A stretch of DNA of 64,000 nucleotides from an uncultured Pseudomonadota bacterium (GTDB lineage: Bacteria > Vulcanimicrobiota > Vulcanimicrobiia > Eremiobacterales > Eremiobacteraceae): assembly GCA_963736005.1 (NCBI GenBank), contig CAVTNB010000002.1:32001-96000 (forward strand), read 5' to 3'. Positions 1 to 10,022 of this stretch are shown piece by piece. A program made the translations under genes and the position numbers. The first letter of the stretch is position 1. Each line of letters starts with the position of its first letter. The notes below the pieces were generated by a model. The model did no database searches and had not been told where the DNA came from. It saw nothing but the letters and a program-made list of their open reading frames with translations.

Positions 1-249
1 GCTAAGGCAGCTCTTGACGATCGTCTTTGGCAGCGTCGTCGCGAGAAAGAAAGGCGCGATCTCCTGCAGATGTACGATGTGCACGTGCCCGCCACGGCGG
101 ATACGCGAGGCAAACCACAAGCAGCGGTCGGGGATCTGCACGTCAGCGCCTTGCGCGCGAAGCTCCTCCGCGAGCAGGTCCAGATAGGGATTGTAGGGCC
201 AGCGAAAGAGGAAGGCGCAGCGTAGCCATTGCCGCTGCGGATCAGACAT
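1..249 (-). CDS. Glycosyltransferase family 4, N-terminal part (runs off left edge)
   Basis: Manual translation from ATG at 249: MSDPQRQWLRCAFLFRWPYNPYLDLLAEELRAQGADV...HIVHLQ. The NPYxxLLxxxL pattern is typical of GT4 N-termini. The start overlaps the stop of the upstream gene. Confidence 0.65.
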   Translation of the reverse strand, partial: MSDPQRQWLRCAFLFRWPYNPYLDLLAEELRAQGADVQIPDRCLWFASRIRRGGHVHIVHLQEIAPFFLATTLPKTIVKSCLS

Positions 250-1208
250 ATTCACCCCCCTGCAACACCGAACCGCAAGCAACCACGGGGCGTGCTACCA
301 CCGCATCCTCGACCACCGAGTTGCGCTCGACATGAACGCCCTGCCAAAGAATCGACGATGAGATCGTGCTGCCCTCGTCGATGCGGCAGCCATCGCCTAT
401 GCAGGTCGGGCCGATCAGCCGCGCGCTGCTCGAAACCTGGGCAGCGCGGCCGGTAAGGACCCCGTCCACGACGTGTCGTCCTTCGCCGTAGCGCAGTTGT
501 ATGACGCCACGCAAGGCATCGAAGTGAAGGCGTCGATACGACTGTGGCAAGCCCAAGTCGCACCAATACACATCTTGGCGCATGCCGAAAAGGCGACCCT
601 TCGATGCCGCCATCGATGGAAACAGTTGCGTGCCGAAATCGTACACAATCCCATCGGGAATGCGTTCGAGCACGTGAGGTTCGAGGATATAGACACCCGT
701 GTTACCCCACGTGCTCTTCTCAGTTCCCTTCGCCGGTTTCTCTTGGAAGAGCTCGATGCGGCCGCGCGCATCCGTGACGGCGACGCCGCAACTGCTCGGA
801 TCGCTCGTCGGCGCGAGCACGATCGTCACCTCGGCACTTTTTGCCTTATGAAATTCGAGCGCCGCTGGGAGATCTGCCATCACGATGGTGTCGCAGGCCA
901 CGACCACGAAGGCCGCGTCAAAGTGCGATGCCGCTTTCTTCACGGCTCCTGCGCTACCACTTAACTTCTGCTCGCGTAGATACGCAAGGTGAACGCCGAA
1001 GCGAGATCCATCGCCTGCATACGCTACGATCGCATCGGCGAGGTAATGGACATTCATCGTGATGTCGCGGATAGCTTGGCGTCGAAAGCTGCTCGATGAC
1101 GTGCGCCATGACTGGCCGGTTAAGCAGCGGAACCAGCGGCTTCGGCAGGTTGCGAGTGAGCGGATACAATCGCGTGGACAGTCCGCCCGCCAGGATCATT
1201 GCTTGCAC
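242..1208 (-). CDS. Sugar-phosphate nucleotidyltransferase (mannose-1-P guanylyltransferase/HddC-like) with C-terminal beta-helix; one frameshift near 1075
   Basis: VQAMILAGGLSTRLYPLTRNLPKPLVP in one frame; FQEKP, NTGVYIL and WCDLG in ORF 242..1057. Confidence 0.88.
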
Positions 1209-1325
1209 GAGTGATGCGCCGAGCTCAGAGCAAGAAAAGGGCGCCGAGTCGGCGTCTTTTAGTAGGACCATGTTTAGTCCCATGGTCCCTTTATCCTCGA
1301 CCAGATCCTACGATACGCTTCCCGG

Positions 1326-1980
1326 GTGATAGTCCGCGATGACGACGCCGGTAGGGGCACTGCGCAGCTCGCCGTTATCGACGAGTATGTGTGCGCTGTG
1401 TCGCACGCGCTTGGGCAACTCTCGCGACAGCAGGTCTCCGACGTTGTGGATGCGCTCTTTGCGTGCTGGCAGCACGCCGGCTGCATTTACCTTGTGGCAA
1501 CGGCGGCAGTGCCGCCACAGCATCGCATATGATGAACGACTTGATTCGTGGCACGTGGCTGGAAGGAATGCGTTCCATTCGCGCGATTGCGCTGACCGAC
1601 AACGTTCCACTTATGACCGCTATCAGCAACGATACGCAATACGACCGCATCTTCTCCGACTTGCTCGAAGCGCTGCTGCAAACCGGACGACGTGGTCATT
1701 GCAATTTCGACTTCCGGCAACTCTCCCAACGTCGCTCCGGGCGGTGGCAGTCGCACAACGCCGCAAAGCGCGCGTGATTGCACTGTGCGGCAATAAGATC
1801 AGCCGCCTTTGGACGCAGGCCGATATCGCCGTGACCATTCCAGCCGACCTTGTGGGCCAACAAGAAGATGGGCACATGGTCGTCAACCATGCGGTCGCGC
1901 TCGCATTACGCCGGCGCATCGAACTGAGAGCGCGAGTAAGAGCGTCTGAGTGTTGCTTGCTTCCTAAGAGTATAGGGTAA
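1326..1980 (+). CDS. gmhA: Phosphoheptose isomerase (SIS domain), several frameshifts
   Basis: CGNGGSAATASHMMNDL, ALTDNVPLMTAISND, ISTSGNSPN (manual reading) and QQEDGHMVVNH are spread across three frames. Confidence 0.8.
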
Positions 1981-2744
1981 GACCGCCGTCCACGAAGACG
2001 GTTGATCCAGTCTGATAGCGCGCCGCATCCGAAGCGAGCCAAGCCACCAACGTGCCTATCTCTTCTGGTTGCGCCATCCGATGTAGTGGAATTTTTTCGA
2101 GAAGTTGGTCGCGCAACTTCGGTTTTTCCCAGAGGTTCTCGTTCATCGGTGGTTTGCACCACCCCGGGCGCGACCGCGAGGATCCGCACACCGTGCGGGG
2201 CCGCCTCAAGCGCGGCCGTTTTGGAAAGCATGGAGAGCCCGGCCTTGGCTGCGGCATATGCGCTGAAGCCTTTCCATGGCATCGTTTCATGGACTGACGT
2301 GACGTTGATGATCACGCCGCTGCGCCGCGCAATCATATCGGCGAGTGCTTGTTGCATGCAGTAGAATGCCCCGCACAAATTGACTTCCAGCACGCGCAAC
2401 CAGTCCGAGCGGTTAGCATCCCACACGAGGTTGGGAGGACCATCGATGCCAGCATTGTTGATCAGCACGTCCAGCCCCCCGTAACGGCTTCGGACCATCT
2501 GAAACATCCGCTCAACCGCATCCGCTTGCGAGACGTCCGCCGCAATCGAGAACGAATCCGAACCGAGGTCGCGACATCCTTGCACTACCGCCTCTGCTGC
2601 TTGCGCGTTCGTTACATAGTTCACGGCTACGTCAGCTCCGTTCGTGGCCAAACTCCGTGCGATCGCCGCTCCAATGCCGGTGTTGCCGCCAGTCACGAGC
2701 GCGCGGCGGCCTTTCAGACTGCTGCTGGTTGCATCGGGCGTCAC
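1964..2744 (-). CDS. SDR oxidoreductase (glucose 1-dehydrogenase-like), frameshift near 2150
   Basis: TGGNTGIG, NNAG and YAAAK motifs; C-terminus IPLHRMAQPEEI...TGSTVFVDGG in the alternate frame. Confidence 0.88.
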
Positions 2745-3649
2745 GGCGCTAGCCGGACCCGATGACGCAGCATGCTAAAGAACCCGCGCCAATACCAGAA
2801 TGTCCAAAAACGATGATAGGTGGCAAACTCGACTTGCTCAGACGTGGCAAGGCGCAATACGCGCGCTGCTCGCAAGAACGAAGGTGCGACTCCTCGGATG
2901 CCGAGGATCGCGGCTAGCGTACAGGACTTTCGGAAATCCCAGCGAGCGATGTCGGGATAGCGCAAGTACATGTCGGCTGCGCCCTGCCCGTACGTCCACG
3001 CCTGCCGAAGCAAGGCGCTGCGGTCGTTGCGATTTTTGTGAAACAGCACCGCATCGCGTGCATAGGCAATTTCACCTGGGTAGGCGCGTAACAAGCGAAG
3101 CGAAAAGTCAACGTCCTCTGCCGTGGGCATATCTTCCGCCCAGCCACCGATCGCGAGGGCGGCCCCTCGCCGCACCGCCATGTTGAGAGATGGCGCAAAC
3201 GGGAACGGCCTGCGTTCGATGGCGCGCTGGGAATAATTCAATCCCGCCGCGGCGCAGTAACGTTCCTCCGCTGTCTCTGGTTGAAAGACCAGCGTGTTAC
3301 CGACAGCAATCGTCACGTTGGCGTCGTCAAATACGCCGGCGAGGTGCGCGAGCCAGCGACGAGTCGGCAGAGTATCGGCGTCGAGGTACACGATGATGTC
3401 ACCGCGCGCATGCCCTAGGCCGCAATTCCGGGCCGCACCCGCCCCTGGCTTTTTCTCCTGCAAGAACGTCACAGGGAATGATCGGACGATGTCGGGCGTC
3501 TCATCGGTTGAATTGTTGTCAACGACGATGAACTCAAAGTCCCTGCCATCGATCCCGGTCTGGGCGAGCAAGCCGCCAAGTGTGTCAGCGATGGTCGCGG
3601 CACCGTTATAGACCGGCACCACGACACTAACGGAGCTCGCGCTTCTCAC
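2741..3649 (-). CDS. Glycosyltransferase family 2
   Basis: VSVVVPVYN, VVDNNSTD, ARNCG, YLDAD and EDVDF motifs. Probable GTG start overlaps the kinase TGA. Confidence 0.9.
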   Translation of the reverse strand: MRSASSVSVVVPVYNGAATIADTLGGLLAQTGIDGRDFEFIVVDNNSTDETPDIVRSFPVTFLQEKKPGAGAARNCGLGHARGDIIVYLDADTLPTRRWLAHLAGVFDDANVTIAVGNTLVFQPETAEERYCAAAGLNYSQRAIERRPFPFAPSLNMAVRRGAALAIGGWAEDMPTAEDVDFSLRLLRAYPGEIAYARDAVLFHKNRNDRSALLRQAWTYGQGAADMYLRYPDIARWDFRKSCTLAAILGIRGVAPSFLRAARVLRLATSEQVEFATYHRFWTFWYWRGFFSMLRHRVRLAP

Positions 3650-4628
3650 TGCAGGCAACGGTCGAGCGCCTCCAGGCATTCATCGTCGTGAAACGCGTTC
3701 TCCCCAATGGAAAATTCAATGCCTCGCACGTGTCCTGCGAGTTGCGCGACTGCTCGAAGAGAACGCGCAGCTTCGCTCCTCTCAGTGGGAACGACGGTTT
3801 GCTGCACGAGCGTGTGAAAAATCTCGTCCGGACCGAGGGGCCGCGAACTCGATAGCGCTTCGGTCCGAGTTTGCGCTGCAGGCGGACGACGTGCGTCGGA
3901 ACTCCATCGCGTTCCGTCCTGCCCGGCCAAATGTCGTGCAATGGACACCTTTCCGCTTTTCGGTCCACGCGGAATAGGCCGGCAACAACCAGAGGTCGCC
4001 AACTTCCGGGAACCACTGGCGCGTGCGCGGGTGCAGGTTCAATGAATGAAGCACGGCAGCAAGGCGGGGTCGACCATCCACGATGCGCAGCAACAGCTTG
4101 TCATCGCCCAGCGTGCGCCAGCCGGCTCGCATGAGGCCCGCGGTCAACGTGCTCTTTCCCCCTCCGCTCGGCGCGCACACGATGATGCAGCAGCCGCCAC
4201 GAGACAGAGCACCGGCATGCAGCGGAATCCAGTCAAGACAGCGCCAGCCTGTAGTGAGCACTAAGACGAGAAAGTCTTCCAGCTCTTCCAGATCGGCAAG
4301 TGAGGTCGGAACGTTCATGTGCCAGCGGTCGACGCTCGCACTCCGCACAAGCGTTAGATCCCCACCCGAACTCGAGGTTGCGATGAGTCCATCGGGGCTG
4401 CGGCAGACCGCCATGCGCGAGCACCGCAAGTACGAGCTGTCGACCATTGGGGTGCATTCGACGGTTTCGTGGACATGAGAGTTCGATGGAACGATGCGGC
4501 GGGTCCCAACGCACATCATACATGCCAAGTGTCGACGACAGCCGTTCCCGCAAGCGAGCGGATTCGCACTGAAGTCGTACATGTAATGGCCCGCAGAAGA
4601 ACTCGAGAACGGAGTGCGCAATGACCAT
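3646..4628 (-). CDS. HprK-related P-loop kinase, two frameshifts (about 4470 and 3950)
   Basis: LHAGAL...APSGGGKSTL...GWRTLGDD matches the HPr kinase-like His, Walker A and DD motifs. N- and C-termini lie in ORFs 4233..4628 and 3646..4002. Confidence 0.8.
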
Positions 4629-4646
4629 AGCCGCTCTTTGTTCGAA

Positions 4647-5042
4647 TTACTCCGCGAGTGGGATACTCGGGTCAAACGCGCTGATGATAACGCGCTGCAA
4701 CGGCTGCGGCTGCCGTTCGATGTGCGGCTTTTCCCACGGCCCCTCAAACTTCACAGCTGCGCCACGCCCTGTCACGTCGCGTCTTTCCAAGATAGCGTGA
4801 GTCGTGAGTTGACCGATAAACTCGTCGATAGGGGTATCGTCCTGCGAGCCCCATCGTCGGCACTGGTCCTTGACGTCTTGGAGCGCTGTGCCATCTTCCG
4901 CAAGTTGCAAAATCGCCCAGCCCGACGCGTTCACCCGATAAAAATACTTGGATCGAAGATCAAGCAGGACCGCCCCATGCCCGAGCACGGTCGCCACGAC
5001 GTCGGCGCTCATCCCTACATATTCTTTCAATTGCACAGACAT
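4647..5042 (-). CDS. PqqD-family / RiPP recognition element (RRE) protein with C-terminal extension
   Basis: GAVLLDLRSKYFYRVNASGWAILQLA...IDEFIGQLTTHAIL is the PqqD fold pattern, followed by about 45 extra residues. Confidence 0.85.
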   Translation of the reverse strand: MSVQLKEYVGMSADVVATVLGHGAVLLDLRSKYFYRVNASGWAILQLAEDGTALQDVKDQCRRWGSQDDTPIDEFIGQLTTHAILERRDVTGRGAAVKFEGPWEKPHIERQPQPLQRVIISAFDPSIPLAE

Positions 5043-5065
5043 TGTTACGAGCCCTTAAAGAGAAT

Positions 5066-5120
5066 GCGGCATCCGGATGCCGCTTCATGAGCCTGAGGAT
5101 TAGCCATTTGCATTGTACCA
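5066..5120 (-). promoter_or_regulatory. Extended -10 promoter (TGGTACAAT) and 18-bp perfect palindrome upstream of the PqqD gene
   Basis: TGGTACAAT on the minus strand at 5120-5112; GCGGCATCCGGATGCCGC at 5066-5083. Confidence 0.5.
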
Positions 5121-5253
5121 TTGGCCTTGCTGCTCAGGATACGACCTACGCCCTTCCTTGTGAGGCTTTCGGTCCCGCAGGGTGGCGGCGCGCCACGTAA
5201 GGACGCGGGCGATGAAGCCGACTGCACTGTGGAACGTGGCACGCATGAACCCT

Positions 5254-6738
5254 TCAGTTCCTGGGTGCAGCCAATGATCGGCTCGCGGGCGCTGTGCATA
5301 GCGCTCGGTCGTTTCCCGGCCAGCTTCGCTGCGAAAGCAAGTTTCGACCAGTCCCCGAACGACAGCGGATCGCCTCTGGCAGATCTTCTCGGCCTATCAA
5401 CCAGCTCACGTACCGCCGCACTGCTGGTGATTCGGGTTTTTGCATTCTACCGATGCGGGCTGCTAGAGCGAGGGCGCTCGACAAGCGCACGGGTTCCCAG
5501 GACTCCCGGGCACAGAATTCTTCCATTTCCTCAAGAAGTTCTGGCTGACTGCGCAACATCTGCGCAAGCAGGACCACATCCCGAAGTTTGTATACGCCTA
5601 TGGAATGTACGCACAGGTGCAGAGCCGATCCGAATGTATCGAGACAACCGGCTGTGCCCGCAGCTGTTGTTACGGAAGTGATGTGCGATTCAAGTGTGTG
5701 CCAATCCAATATCTGCGACAACCTTCGCGGTGGCGCGAGCGCGAAGTGCAGTTCGACGTTGAGGCCTTTGGTCGGTGGCACAAGCGGCGCGGCATGATGA
5801 TGATACGCAAGATACAGCGAGACATCTTGCTCGCACCCATATTGGTAACCGTGCCGGCGCAGCGCATCGGCACCGGCCGAAATCAAGTCAGCGGGAAGCA
5901 AGATGTCGATATCGGTGCTGGGGTGGAGCTCCATGCCTGGCAATCCAGCGAAAAGACGGGCCGAGCTTTTCAAAAGGGCGAAAGGTAGACCTTCGTTATT
6001 GAAAATGTGAACGATTTCTTCGATCTGCTTTCTGGTGCTGTCGCTCTCGTGCTCGATCCTGAGGGTTGAGGTCTCGAGGCCTCGAGCGAGCGGCTCGTAG
6101 TGGGAGAGATCGACCAACTTCCCGCAGCGCATGCCTTCTAACAAAATGCTCGTACAGCCGTGGCGCAACGCTATCCCGATGAGCGACGAGGCACTGCACG
6201 AGTCGATGGCTGCTCCTAGTGCTACCCAGTCGTCATTGACGATTGCGGTCATCGCATCCAAGAGAGCCTTGAAAGGGAACGACGCCGGATACACGCCTGC
6301 CAACTGCAATGCACCGTGACCCATACTCCGAAGCCGCACGGCAAGGGCCCGCAGCGAATGCGAACGCGCCGCAAGGGCGCTACGCGCGCTAAAATACTTG
6401 GCATTGAGCGGACGCGCAGTCGGTGAATCGTCGCTATAGACGGCGTCCAGCTCGCCAACTATTTGTCGCTCCTTTACGGCAGACACCGCAAGCGGATAAG
6501 CATCTCCGCAGACGATCCAACTCCCATTACGTTTCCCTATGATGCGACGGAGCACCACGTCCCCGCCAAGATCGAGCGCGACGATTGTGTTCTTTGCGGT
6601 GTGCGGATCAAAGGGGGCGAGCGACAGCACCATTGGCTCGCGCAGCAAGGGACACATCGCGCGCCCCCTCACAGCCACGCGCGGCCGCTGCTGCGCGATA
6701 GTCGCGAGCCGAAGCGCCGTGCTTTCGATACTCCCCAT
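5254..6738 (-). CDS. Nucleotidyltransferase family protein (NTP_transf_5-like) with N-terminal S24/S26 peptidase-like domain; may extend to about 5100 via a frameshift
   Basis: FALLKS...STDIDILL...VELHF in the C-terminal domain. N-terminal VRGRAMCPLL...VVLRRI...IVCGD...QIVGEL. ATG at 6738 overlaps the gmhB TGA. Confidence 0.8.
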   Translation of the reverse strand: MGSIESTALRLATIAQQRPRVAVRGRAMCPLLREPMVLSLAPFDPHTAKNTIVALDLGGDVVLRRIIGKRNGSWIVCGDAYPLAVSAVKERQIVGELDAVYSDDSPTARPLNAKYFSARSALAARSHSLRALAVRLRSMGHGALQLAGVYPASFPFKALLDAMTAIVNDDWVALGAAIDSCSASSLIGIALRHGCTSILLEGMRCGKLVDLSHYEPLARGLETSTLRIEHESDSTRKQIEEIVHIFNNEGLPFALLKSSARLFAGLPGMELHPSTDIDILLPADLISAGADALRRHGYQYGCEQDVSLYLAYHHHAAPLVPPTKGLNVELHFALAPPRRLSQILDWHTLESHITSVTTAAGTAGCLDTFGSALHLCVHSIGVYKLRDVVLLAQMLRSQPELLEEMEEFCARESWEPVRLSSALALAARIGRMQKPESPAVRRYVSWLIGREDLPEAIRCRSGTGRNLLSQRSWPGNDRALCTAPASRSLAAPRN

Positions 6739-7292
6739 CAAGGGTGCAGCGCGGTTGACACGCGCAGGTCTCCCACGATACCCAAAACGGCGGCGCTCAG
6801 ACTGTCGTCCAGTGCCGGATCGACAAAGTGTGCTTTGCAACCCGCGGCCCGTGCGGCCTCCATGTCTGAAAGCGAGTCCCCGAGGAGGTGACATTCAGCG
6901 AGGTCCAAACCAAAATCGCGTGCTGCTGCCTGCAACATCGCGGTCCCTGGTTTTCGACACGAACAAATAACTTCCGGTGCGTGTGGGCAGCAATACCACG
7001 CGGTGAGGTTGATGCCGTGGGAGCCAAGCGACCAGCGCATGCTCTCCATGATGCCCACCAAACCAGCTTCGTCAAGCATACCCTTCCCGACGCACGCCTG
7101 GTTGGATACAATGATGAGCGGAAAATGGGCAGCTTGCAGCAGCGATAATCCTGCGATGGCATCGCGTCGCCATCGGAACTGCTCCCAGCGCGTGACGTAC
7201 CCGCCTGGGATTTTTTCGTTGATCACGCCATCGCGATCGAGAAAGACGCACCGGTGAAGGACACACCGATCTGACGCTTGCCAACAAATCAT
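6738..7292 (-). CDS. gmhB: D,D-heptose 1,7-bisphosphate phosphatase (HAD IIIA)
   Basis: FLDRDGVIN, VSNQ, CPH...CSCRKP and GDSLSD motifs. Confidence 0.9.
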   Translation of the reverse strand: MICWQASDRCVLHRCVFLDRDGVINEKIPGGYVTRWEQFRWRRDAIAGLSLLQAAHFPLIIVSNQACVGKGMLDEAGLVGIMESMRWSLGSHGINLTAWYCCPHAPEVICSCRKPGTAMLQAAARDFGLDLAECHLLGDSLSDMEAARAAGCKAHFVDPALDDSLSAAVLGIVGDLRVSTALHP

Positions 7293-7445
7293 GAGCGACT
7301 GCTTCTCTAAATGCCACCCGAGTGTTGCTGCTTTCGACTTGGCGGCACGCTGCCGAACAGCCTTAGTACCTTGAGCGGCCGCACCAGGGCCTTGCGTCCC
7401 TATAGCATCACTTGCGCCGCTAGGGTAGGCAGTTTTGAGTGCACC

Positions 7446-8933
7446 TCAGGCGCGCTTTTTGTGCAATTGCGTGGCAACCACGATGAGCACTACCAGCACG
7501 ATCAGGAGCGTTATGTAAGCGTCTTCTCTCCTCAAGGGACGGCCAGGTTCGTCGACGGGCTGTTTCATAATCTCTGGCGCAGGCAATACGAAGTTGGTTG
7601 GGAGCAACATCGGCCGGATTGGCCGTTGCCGGAAATTGAATTCCTCGTACAAGTCCCCGAGTACTGGCTCTCGTTCGCGAACGCTCGGGCGTCGATCCGG
7701 ACGGCCATCCGTTTTTGGATCGAGCCGTTGCGAGCTCAGAAACACGTCTTCAATGAACTTAGCATATGCATCGAAACTGAGTACTTGGTGATCTATAAAG
7801 CCGCGTCTTGCATACGGACTAATGAGCAAGCCAGGAACGCGCGGGCCGTAACCATTGACATCGACGCGAGGTGGTGCAACGTGATCGTAAAAGCCTCCCC
7901 AATCATCCCACGTCAGAAAAATGGCGGTGCTATTCCATTGTGGCCCTTGCATTGCCGCGTTGATAAGGCTCGTGACATACGCTTGTCCATCCTTCACATC
8001 ATAAGGCGGATGTTCGCTGAAACGGCTGTTAGGACAAATCCAGGAAACTGCGGGCAAATGCCCGCTCTTTGCCGCCGCAAAGTAATCTGCAAGTCCGCGA
8101 ATACTTGCTAGCTCATGATCTTCTCTCACGGTTTCAAACCATGGCAAGGGATTCCAAATTGACGGCGTATCCGCTGATTGGGAAACGTGCGGCGTTGCCA
8201 TCGCATCGTCATCTTCTGTGTCGGGTGCGAAGCCGCCAAACACATAGTAAGCCCAGCTCACATGGTTCTTATGAAGCAGAAACGTCAAATCCGTCCACGA
8301 GTACGTCGGCGACGGGTTGTCGCTATTCACGTCGACCGCGTTGCTGCAGGACATGGGATCAGCAGAACCACACTTGGCCGACCACTCAGAGACGAGGAAC
8401 AGGTGCGCCGGTAAGCTCCAGCTTGCGATCGATTCGAACATGTGATCTTGCAGCACAAAATACTTGGCATATGCCCAATAATTGGGAATCTCTCGGCCGT
8501 CGTGATAGCCCATCACATCTTTCCCCGAGCCGCCACACGCCGGATCTAAGATTCTGCGGCAGCGCTTCAACCTGCGTTGGGCCTGCGCAATAAATCCATC
8601 CATCTTGCCGCCGTCGATGTCGGCCAAGGCTGCGTCATGCCCATGGGGACCGCCGTAATTCACAACGCTTGCGTCGTGGAAGGGTGGAGTGCACCCTGTA
8701 TTTTTTGGATCAGGTACACATTGCACGGGCTTGCCGTCTCGAAAGCGGATTCCGTCCGCTCCAGGATACGTTCCGAAATAGCTATCAAACGAACGGTTCT
8801 CTTGGACAATAATAATGATATGTTCTATCCTGCCTGTCGCGCTGTGCACCCCCGCGCCTTGGGCGGCAGAGCTCTCAACGGACCCACATGCAAAGAGTAG
8901 GGTCCCCACGAGAAGAGGTGCGACATATTTCAT
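7446..8933 (-). CDS. Secreted phosphoesterase (phospholipase C/acid phosphatase family) with C-terminal membrane anchor
   Basis: [35 protein letters not shown] and GPRVP motifs; N-terminal signal with LFAC. Confidence 0.9.
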   Translation of the reverse strand: MKYVAPLLVGTLLFACGSVESSAAQGAGVHSATGRIEHIIIIVQENRSFDSYFGTYPGADGIRFRDGKPVQCVPDPKNTGCTPPFHDASVVNYGGPHGHDAALADIDGGKMDGFIAQAQRRLKRCRRILDPACGGSGKDVMGYHDGREIPNYWAYAKYFVLQDHMFESIASWSLPAHLFLVSEWSAKCGSADPMSCSNAVDVNSDNPSPTYSWTDLTFLLHKNHVSWAYYVFGGFAPDTEDDDAMATPHVSQSADTPSIWNPLPWFETVREDHELASIRGLADYFAAAKSGHLPAVSWICPNSRFSEHPPYDVKDGQAYVTSLINAAMQGPQWNSTAIFLTWDDWGGFYDHVAPPRVDVNGYGPRVPGLLISPYARRGFIDHQVLSFDAYAKFIEDVFLSSQRLDPKTDGRPDRRPSVREREPVLGDLYEEFNFRQRPIRPMLLPTNFVLPAPEIMKQPVDEPGRPLRREDAYITLLIVLVVLIVVATQLHKKRA

Positions 8934-8941
8934 TCGGCCCC

Positions 8942-9904
8942 TCAACGGTGCTGCTGCGCTAGGAGCGCCTGCGCCGCGGTTGTATCTGGCAGGACGCCAG
9001 TTGAGTAGATGGAGTCCAAACCAAAAAGCGCCACGAGATCGAAGGCCCGTTGCAGATCAGCTCCGCTAACTTCGTCTTTCCACGCACTCACTAAATTTGC
9101 TCCGGTTCGGATGGCGGAAGTCCGGCGCGTTGTGGATGACGGTTTGGCATACGCCATCTGGACGTTGTCACTCATCGGTTGACCAATGAACTCGAAGAGA
9201 CGGGCCATTTCTGCCTGCGGGTGGAGGAGCAGATTTTCATAGAACATGAGGTGCGTGTTGTTTGGCGTGAGCTCGCGCAGCGGCACGTAGTTCTGAATGC
9301 ACCAATTGAGAACGTGCTGGTCCCATTCCGGGCCCGATCGCGCAGCCACCATGCGGTCATAGAATGGTGCAAGCTGATCTTCGATGAGCTCTCGCTGCAG
9401 GAAGTATTCCTGAAAAACGTTCGGCAGTCGCCGTTGGATGGTCGAGTAGGCGACAGCGGCGGGGTGCCGCATGACAAAGATGATTGGTACTTCGGGATGC
9501 CGGTCGCGCAGCCAATGCAACCATAGGTTTGCCCGACATTCCTTGATCAGGCGCTTGTGAAAGACCAGGCGATTATACGGCTGCACCGAGCGATTGTACT
9601 CGTTCGAGCGAATCCAATTCCAAACGCGATGCCCACGCAGCGTGCGCTCAACGGGAACGACGTAGCGCTCTTCGCTGTTTCCTTTACGCAGATACAGCAC
9701 CGGTCGTAAGGCCGGCCATACCGCCGGGCCAAAAGGTTCATGGTAATAGCGGTAACTATGGTCGTGGTTGACCAATTGCGCTAGCCACGTGGTGCCTGAG
9801 CGGCCGCTGCCCGCGATGAACACTGCGTGCTGCGCGCCCAACCGTCGCTCGAATACTGGCAACCAGCCCCAACCTGGGCGGCGTTTCGTCCGTTTCACGC
9901 TCAA
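8942..9904 (-). CDS. Sulfotransferase family protein
   Basis: [12 protein letters not shown] (PAPS-binding loop), [13 protein letters not shown] and FYENL motifs. Confidence 0.85.
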   Translation of the reverse strand: MSVKRTKRRPGWGWLPVFERRLGAQHAVFIAGSGRSGTTWLAQLVNHDHSYRYYHEPFGPAVWPALRPVLYLRKGNSEERYVVPVERTLRGHRVWNWIRSNEYNRSVQPYNRLVFHKRLIKECRANLWLHWLRDRHPEVPIIFVMRHPAAVAYSTIQRRLPNVFQEYFLQRELIEDQLAPFYDRMVAARSGPEWDQHVLNWCIQNYVPLRELTPNNTHLMFYENLLLHPQAEMARLFEFIGQPMSDNVQMAYAKPSSTTRRTSAIRTGANLVSAWKDEVSGADLQRAFDLVALFGLDSIYSTGVLPDTTAAQALLAQQHR

Positions 9905-10022
9905 CCGTCTTGTACTATAATGGCGAGGCCGTCAAAAAAACTTGACGACTTGGGTATCGTATTTGTAGTTCACCAGCTGATAGCAATCCACTGCTGGGGC
10001 AGCATGCTGATATGATTTCATA

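Noticed and set aside
7306..7385. Short minus-strand ORF (MRPLKVLRLFGSVPPSRKQQHSGGI) as a lasso precursor
   Set aside because: Only a vague leader resemblance; no YxxP motif, no penultimate Thr, no acidic ring acceptor and a weak RBS.
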